This document shows positions 58,158 to 64,000 of a DNA stretch of 64,000 bases, piece by piece. Made by a program: the position numbers and the translations under genes. This DNA is from Tubiluchus corallicola. Its lineage: Eukaryota; Animalia; Priapulida. The notes beneath the pieces are model-generated. The model was not told the DNA's origin. It did not search any database and saw only the letters and a list, made by a program, of their open reading frames with translations. The number at the start of each line of letters is the position of its first letter. Position 1 is the first letter of the stretch. Location: contig JAQGDQ010000125.1 of assembly GCA_030141605.1 (NCBI GenBank), forward strand, positions 1 through 64,000, given 5' to 3'.

Positions 58158-60873
58158 GGGAGCTATTGACAATTTATATGCCAAACTTTTGGCTGCTGCC
58201 TACAAATACACCATTTAAACAGATTCTTTATAATGATAAAGATAGCAGATTAGCAGTGCATTGACTTCACAAAGATTTCTCTGAAGTGCGTGGCTGCGAG
58301 CTACTAAAAAAACAAAAATGTATGAAATTCGACATTCATAATGACATATGGCACTAGGAGTTACATGTAGCGTAATTTGCGGATTTTGTCCAAGTGTTGC
58401 GATCACTGATCTTTGAATTTCTCTCAACTAATGCAAATTGGAACTTTGTTCTCCTTAAAAATGATTTGTCATCATGAAACATAGTCAACAGACTGTTAGA
58501 TCACCACAGTTTTTAATTTGAGCCCCTTCATATTTTCTTGAGAATCGATCCCACCTATACAATGTACTGACACACCAAGCGCGCAAAGATAAGTACATCC
58601 ATTGTGCGCGTCAACTATGACTTTTGTACCTCAAAATTCTAGATGCAAACAGATACCAAAGGAATTTTTAGCATTAGGGCCTACTTTGAAGGTCAAAGAT
58701 CATTGACATGATCATTGACTGATCATGGTCAACATCTGATGACCCCAAACCCAATGTAGATATGAACCCGAAACTGACTTGCATAAGTCAGCAGATATAA
58801 AACAAAATGGGGCTAGGTAGGTAAACAAGACAGATGAACAAAATACATTCCTTTAACTCTTTTCGAAGACGGATCCCTTTCTACAATAAAATTTTAAGAA
58901 ATTTGTAGTAGTTTACGCATTGCTTCTTGAAAAACTTTTCAGAAAAATGAGCAAAGTCATTAACTAATTACAGTATGACTGCGATTGCCAGAGTTTACAA
59001 ACCATTGTGGTTTACTTTAACAATTATTACCCACTGTGGGTAATGAGCTGGAGAAAGAAAGGAAACATTGAAAAATTGTGGACTAGTCGGGATTTGAACC
59101 CGAGACCTGGGATTAGTGCTCCCATGGTGTCCCGAACAATTCTGAGAAAAGTGTTGATACCATAAATGTAAAAGGTGGTCGTTGCTTAGAACTTCAGAGG
59201 GCATGTATTCATAAAATTTCAGCTTTGTTTCCTGTAACCTATGTTTAGGTGATCAGGCTTGGAGGAAAATAATTACTCGAGTTGGACTATTGATTTTATG
59301 GCACCAATGATGTTTGCTTAAGTTACAATTTGAAGGATTATTATCTTCTGACCCGAAGTTTGTTTTTCTCCTGCTGCAGTTGACTACAGAATCCCCAAGT
59401 CGAGGTTTCTGTCATTTTTCGAAAATTTTTCTATCAAGAAATTGAAAGACCTGTTCAGTTTTTCCTGGAAAAAAGACCAATTCCTAGTTTTCAAACTAAA
59501 AGACAAATTTAAGTAAAATGCTTCGGATCAGCTTTAAACAAAAAAAGGATAGCACTTCTTGCCATCACAGCATCAAAAGTGTAGAACTGTTATTGAACAC
59601 CTGACCATACAAATGATTGCAGTCTAATTTTGAAAACTTACCATCCCTATAACTGCACTTATAACATCCATTTCACTGGCCTTGGCTAAAATGTGCGAAA
59701 ATGTGTTATGCCTCCTCTTATAAATGCTTACAGAAGCACTCCTGCAATCTCCCTACTTAAATGTGAAAAGTACTTATATCTGCGAAGTAAGATTTACTGA
59801 GGTTATCACCTTTTCAACACATCAGTTTCGCTATAGTTAGGTTGTTATAACATAGTAGCGTGATAATGCTTTATGAGTTATCACAAATTACAGTATAGGC
59901 ATATTCACAAGCAGGTAGGCCTATGCAACATAGACTAATAATTTTATATAAGATCTAATTTGTTTGTGTAGCACCACCAGTCCAGTGTAGTTAATTATGA
60001 ATTTTTGCAGCTTAATATGAAGATTTTACAACTGGAAATTATTGAAATTAATTTACATTTCAATACTAAGGTAATGCAAGAATTTTCAAAAAAAAGAATG
60101 ATATTTTATGTCGAGAGTGCCCCGGAGCAATAATTTAGCTATAATATTTATTATAAATTAAAATAAGACTTAGTTTAGATCAGTGGATCAAATTCAGAAA
60201 TATTTATTCCCATTATAGCACACTTGTATTTTGGCGGTTCTTGGCAGTTGAACATACATCACTTCCATCACACTAAATTTCCAATCTCAAAATAATGGAA
60301 AGTCTAATGTTATTCAGGCATTAATCAGCAAGAACCAGTTACTGCAAACTACGTAGATTGTTACAGTTTGAACGAGCTAAATTACTCAACGTGCAACAAT
60401 CAAAATGATAATGCAAGTAATAATTTCTTAAATTCTATTTTTCATAGCTGATAATTCTGGTGTTAATACTCATTAACTAGATGGCAAAGCGATGTCCTAG
60501 GCTTTAGCTAATTTAGGGAATAATTTAGGTAAGAATAGGGAGCCTCAATAAGCCCCAGAGCCGGGCGTGTGTAGATTTGAACCTGCGATCCCAGTTAATG
60601 CTAAAGTAATCATAGAAAGGCGAGTAATTATTTTATTGCAAGGTAACGCTCATATTAGAAAACAGTCAATTCAGGTCTGCTTATCACAGTAAATTGATGC
60701 CCACCTTCACAAATGTATCCCTGTCCTATTAGTCCCCATAACAAGTCTGTGCAATGATGACAGTATGTTGGCTTATGAAAAGTCTTTTTAGTGAAGAAAT
60801 GCCCATGGCCATGCTCATAATCCTGGAGCTCGACCTCTCCTGGATCAGTCACAAAATCCTGGTCGGCCGCCAT
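33455..60873 (-). CDS. DGKQ: Diacylglycerol kinase theta (type V DGK), shared exons 1-20 (906 codons)
   Basis: Minus-strand exons 60705-60873, 52956-53035, 45241-45343, 44870-44958, 44568-44699, 44010-44166, 42846-42974, 42097-42191, 41477-41691, 40936-41078, 40728-40789, 40455-40605, 37812-37969, 37299-37450, 36766-36872, 35917-36067, 35105-35308, 34396-34551, 33943-34108, 33455-33553, all GT-AG and in frame. They encode three C1 domains ([17 protein letters not shown]..., HCWSEPG..., HHWREGNLP...), RA-like and RRM-like regions, and catalytic motifs [38 protein letters not shown]. Confidence 0.95.
34689..34858. mobile_element. MITE-like element with internal degenerate (TTAGGG)-like repeats
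   Basis: Inverted ends AGTTTACAATTCCCA.AAACA / TGTTATGGGAATTGTGAACT enclose GGATTAGGATTAAGGTTAA...GTTAGGGTTAG. Confidence 0.55.
40210..40417. repeat. Tandem duplication, period about 118 bp, two copies
   Basis: ATGCACTACATA.TGATGTAGC.ACAACTTCTCAAAGC.GACAAAACTAGGTAT.TAAATAGAC occurs twice. Confidence 0.92.
51342..52004 (-). mobile_element. Decayed Penelope-like element fragment with inverted terminal repeats
   Basis: Inverted repeats at 51342-51424 and 51923-52004 contain CCGATGA/CCAATGA...GAA hammerhead-like cores. The minus strand at about 51780-51841 reads [17 protein letters not shown] (GIY-YIG-like). Confidence 0.5.
54333..54572 (-). mobile_element. 5'-truncated RTE-clade LINE insertion
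   Basis: Encodes RWYGHLKRR...[12 protein letters not shown] (RTE C-terminus), has an (AAG)n tail and an exact 16-bp TSD AAAATTATGTTAAATT (54317-54332, 54573-54588). Confidence 0.92.
55054..55395. repeat. Diverged minisatellite, unit about 55-65 bp, about 6 copies
   Basis: Recurring TGAGCCA.TTA.GTTTTAGTAATCA.AAAG.CTTGGG.AACAAG.AG.AAGAATTCAC. Confidence 0.85.
57709..58157 (+). mobile_element. 3' remnant of an L2-clade LINE
   Basis: KIQNCAARV...[14 protein letters not shown]...IKFKI...RNLRS...RAFSHAA..VWNSL, with internal stops and an (ATT)n tail at about 58124-58157. Confidence 0.88.
59075..59125 (-). mobile_element. tRNA-derived SINE head (B-box)
   Basis: The minus strand contains GGTCTCGGGTTCAAATCCCGAC (Pol III B-box/T-arm) without a full cloverleaf. 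A similar B-box remnant lies at about 60565-60600. Confidence 0.5.
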
Positions 60874-61179
60874 ATTGTTTCCCGTAGCTGAATCCAGCTT
60901 GTGGCTTGATGTACAATCAAAAATACACCGAATAGACACAGTAACTATGCCACGACAGCAGCTACACATCACACAACATGTGTGTGCATTCTGAATACAC
61001 CACACTTTTCATTATTACGAATTATCAAGACATTATTTTTCGAACAAACATATCACTAATTTCATACACACGTTATCTAAAATGCAACGCAACCGCAAAA
61101 TGATAACTATCGATGTTCAACTTCAACTTGAGGCTGCGAAGCCACTACGCTGCTGTGCCAAAAGTCGATTACGTTTCTT

Positions 61180-61189
61180 GCGCCATCTT
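61180..61189 (-). promoter_or_regulatory. YY1-like motif (AAGATGGCGC) at the probable DGK theta promoter/TSS
   Basis: Motif lies in a CpG-containing patch about 310 nt upstream of the DGK ATG, in the orientation usual for TSS-proximal YY1 sites. Confidence 0.45.
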
Positions 61190-64000
61190 TAGGACATCTG
61201 ATTAATTGCTAATACATGTATTAAATATACAGACTAACGCAGTATGCAGTGAGTGTTATACATAATGCCTTTTACATTAATTTGCTTGCGAAAATTATTG
61301 CAAAGAATCGCACAAGCCAGTAAGGAAAAAATCACTGATTGTCGCCATGGCAAACACATAACATTAGCTATATGCTACTATACAACGTGTTTAAAGAAGC
61401 AGCAGCTCACAATTTCTAGCTCGTTGTTGTCATTAGATGGCAGTGGATATCTCACAAAAGGCAAACCGTTCCAACAAAACTATTAAATTTTTAGCACATT
61501 ATTCCTTCGAAACAGGCACATAGAGCTGCTGAGAATTCTAAAGAAAAAAGGGTCTTGGCTACTGACAGTTAATCTTGTGAACAGGTAAATAAAAATGAAG
61601 TAACGATCAAAATTTTATAGAAACTGTTATTTATTTGTTTGTATACTGCAATAAATACAACGTTTTTACAAAATAATAACTCTGAAAAACATTACACTTG
61701 AAGATAATTAAACAGAAATAGGTCTGAAATTAGCTCAGCGAAATCACTTTGAAACGCCTCAAACATTATTAATTTGTAACAGCAGATAAGTAAAACATTT
61801 CTGTGGAAGAGGTTGTTCTTTTAAAAGAACTTTAAATATACAACAAGTATTATTATGGCCACAAAGCAAAATCCACTGAGCCACAAAACTACCCCATGGA
61901 GCCCCAGTTCATTAAACGAAATGAAAGACAAAATGTTGCAATCTACAAATTATACTACTGACAAACAGTGCAATTTTATTCTAATACAATACAGTTTATG
62001 GATAAATGGAACAGCTCGTTGCTCGTGGTGTGTGTTTAGCAAACTTAGTAACCTAATATAAGTTAAGTATTGAGACTAGTCAATAACTTGATACGAGAAT
62101 GCATGTAAAAGTGCCTTTTGGGCAGTTTCATTTCTTACACACCCCTATGCAATAAAATGTGCTAGGCAGCCATATTCAGTAGTACAAAGGCACAACATAG
62201 AAAATCACATTTAAAAGGAATAAACTCAGACAGTTATTTGCTTGTACTGGCTGGACATTGGTATAAAGAGAACACGTGCGAAAAGCCCTCTGATGGGCCT
62301 ATTCCTCGTACAATTACAGCAAAGAAAATCCACTGCAAATAGAAAATTATCAATAGGTGCTTATTACAATATAAAGCAACCCGTAACACATCCAATCAGC
62401 CAATGTATTACTAAAACATTGGTCATGTACATTATTAAGTACTGAAAATACAAGTATGAACAAATTCATTTCCCTTTTATAATTAACCAGTATAATTGTT
62501 AATTATTATTATGTGATTATCCTACATAAACAACTTAATCAGTTATACAGCAAATATCATTACAATCAAGTTTATTTAGTAGAATGAGTTAGTTAAATAT
62601 AGTTGATTTACTTATGTTGAGTCCATTAATGGAAATATTACAGATGTAGTGCAATTACTGCACCCTTAGATATGACAGCAAATTAAACCAACATGCAGGA
62701 AAATGACAAACATAAATAAAACAAGAGGAAAATCTTTTTCAGCCTTCCACTGTTCATCAGGTTACACTTCTAAATTTGTACGACTGCTTTGTACTAATAC
62801 ACTACAGAAACAATTGTAGTTTTTTATCATTTCTGTATTCCACAAGCTTTCAACTCTCTCTGGCAGGGCCGCAGTGGTACAGCTACAACTTGTGACACCC
62901 ATAGTGACACTTGAGTTTACATTTGTAAAATCTAGCAATGTTGCACAGCACTTACAATAAATTGCGGAGACACAAAGAGATAAAATAATAAAGCAATACT
63001 GAAAAAAAAATTGTTTGTGATAAGTAAATTCTCCCTGCATACTTCAAAAGCTATGATAGGCCCACTCAAAAGCTTCTTGAACTCTCAACACAGGAAAAAG
63101 TGTGTCTGTAAATGTACTTCACAGTTAACTCAAAACATGTACTGCACAGAAATTTTGAAAACAAAGAAAAGAAAAACTATGTAAATCTTACAAACATATT
63201 AAATCACTAGTTATCAGATTTCTTTGTCACAAACGTTCAACGATATGTGCCATAAACAGTGTTTTCCTGGAAAATTATTTACGTTTTGGCATTTTGGTTT
63301 TTGTTAAGGAAAATTCAAAAAGACTTTGAACAACGTTTATATATTTGTTAAATTAATGTTCAGAAAATCACACGTCGGCATCGAACAGCTGATCCACAAA
63401 CTTGAATGATTTTTAAAATATCATAATATCTGCAACAATAGACATGCTAATTATGACAGACAAATGTCTATTGCCTACAGCAATAAATACGATCCATAAA
63501 GTAGACAGCGACACTTGACTACTGTGTATGCACTTAATAACCTTTCTACTGTTCCGACAGAATCAACTTTTTCAGTGCACTTGATCAAAGTGCTGCCCTC
63601 TAATAAGTGCCACTTAGGGTGAAGTCTACCCCCCCCCAGCCATACCACTACAGGGCCCACTTGATGTGGATGCAGTAGGATCCTAACATATCTCACATCA
63701 AATATAATCTGAGATGAGTCACCAAAGACGTGTTTTACTCATGTTCAGGTTACATACACCTCCCTTAATCAGAAATATAACTGGGGCAATTGATGCAAGA
63801 TGAAACTGCCAAGCATAGTTTTCCAGTGTTCACCTATCCATTAAATAATAACTAATGCCTAACTTTGGTTAACTTTATAACAAAACCTACAATATAAAAC
63901 TGTTCAGCTATTTTCCTTGAATAGAAATATTACATACTGCAACTGCTAAAACAAAGTACACCACAAATAGTTTAATTTTAGAAAAGTATTGCACACTACT

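Noticed and set aside
59075-59125. tRNA gene
   Set aside because: Only a T-arm/B-box is present, with no acceptor stem or complete cloverleaf; treated as a SINE remnant.
61600-64000. ORFs 62763-63040 and 63475-63696 as exons of a fourth gene
   Set aside because: No recognisable domains or consistent exon chain. Composition suggests the 3'UTR of an upstream minus-strand gene, which cannot be confirmed here.

Overview
AT-rich, intron-rich animal (invertebrate-like) genomic DNA. Most ORF-track calls are exon fragments or noise. Three spliced genes were reconstructed by hand from splice sites and frame continuity. (1) The 3' part of a SARNP/CIP29/Tho1-like gene (+, 769-5371) with six RxxRFG-type motifs on phase-0 exons. 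(2) A complete 24-exon KIF28/KLP-6-like kinesin-3 (+, 8180-26807, about 966 aa), whose first intron is a U12-type AT-AC intron and whose protein ends in a CaaX box (CLLQ). (3) A convergent diacylglycerol kinase theta (-, 60873 to 31315 or 30908) with 20 shared exons and two duplicated alternative last exons, only one of which ends in a PDZ-binding motif (ESV). Introns carry LINE remnants (L2/CR1-like, RTE), a probable Penelope-like relic with inverted hammerhead-like repeats, MITEs (one converted to a long foldback), a SINE-like head, and simple and tandem repeats. No database search or RNA evidence was available, so gene names and functional readings rest on motif recognition.
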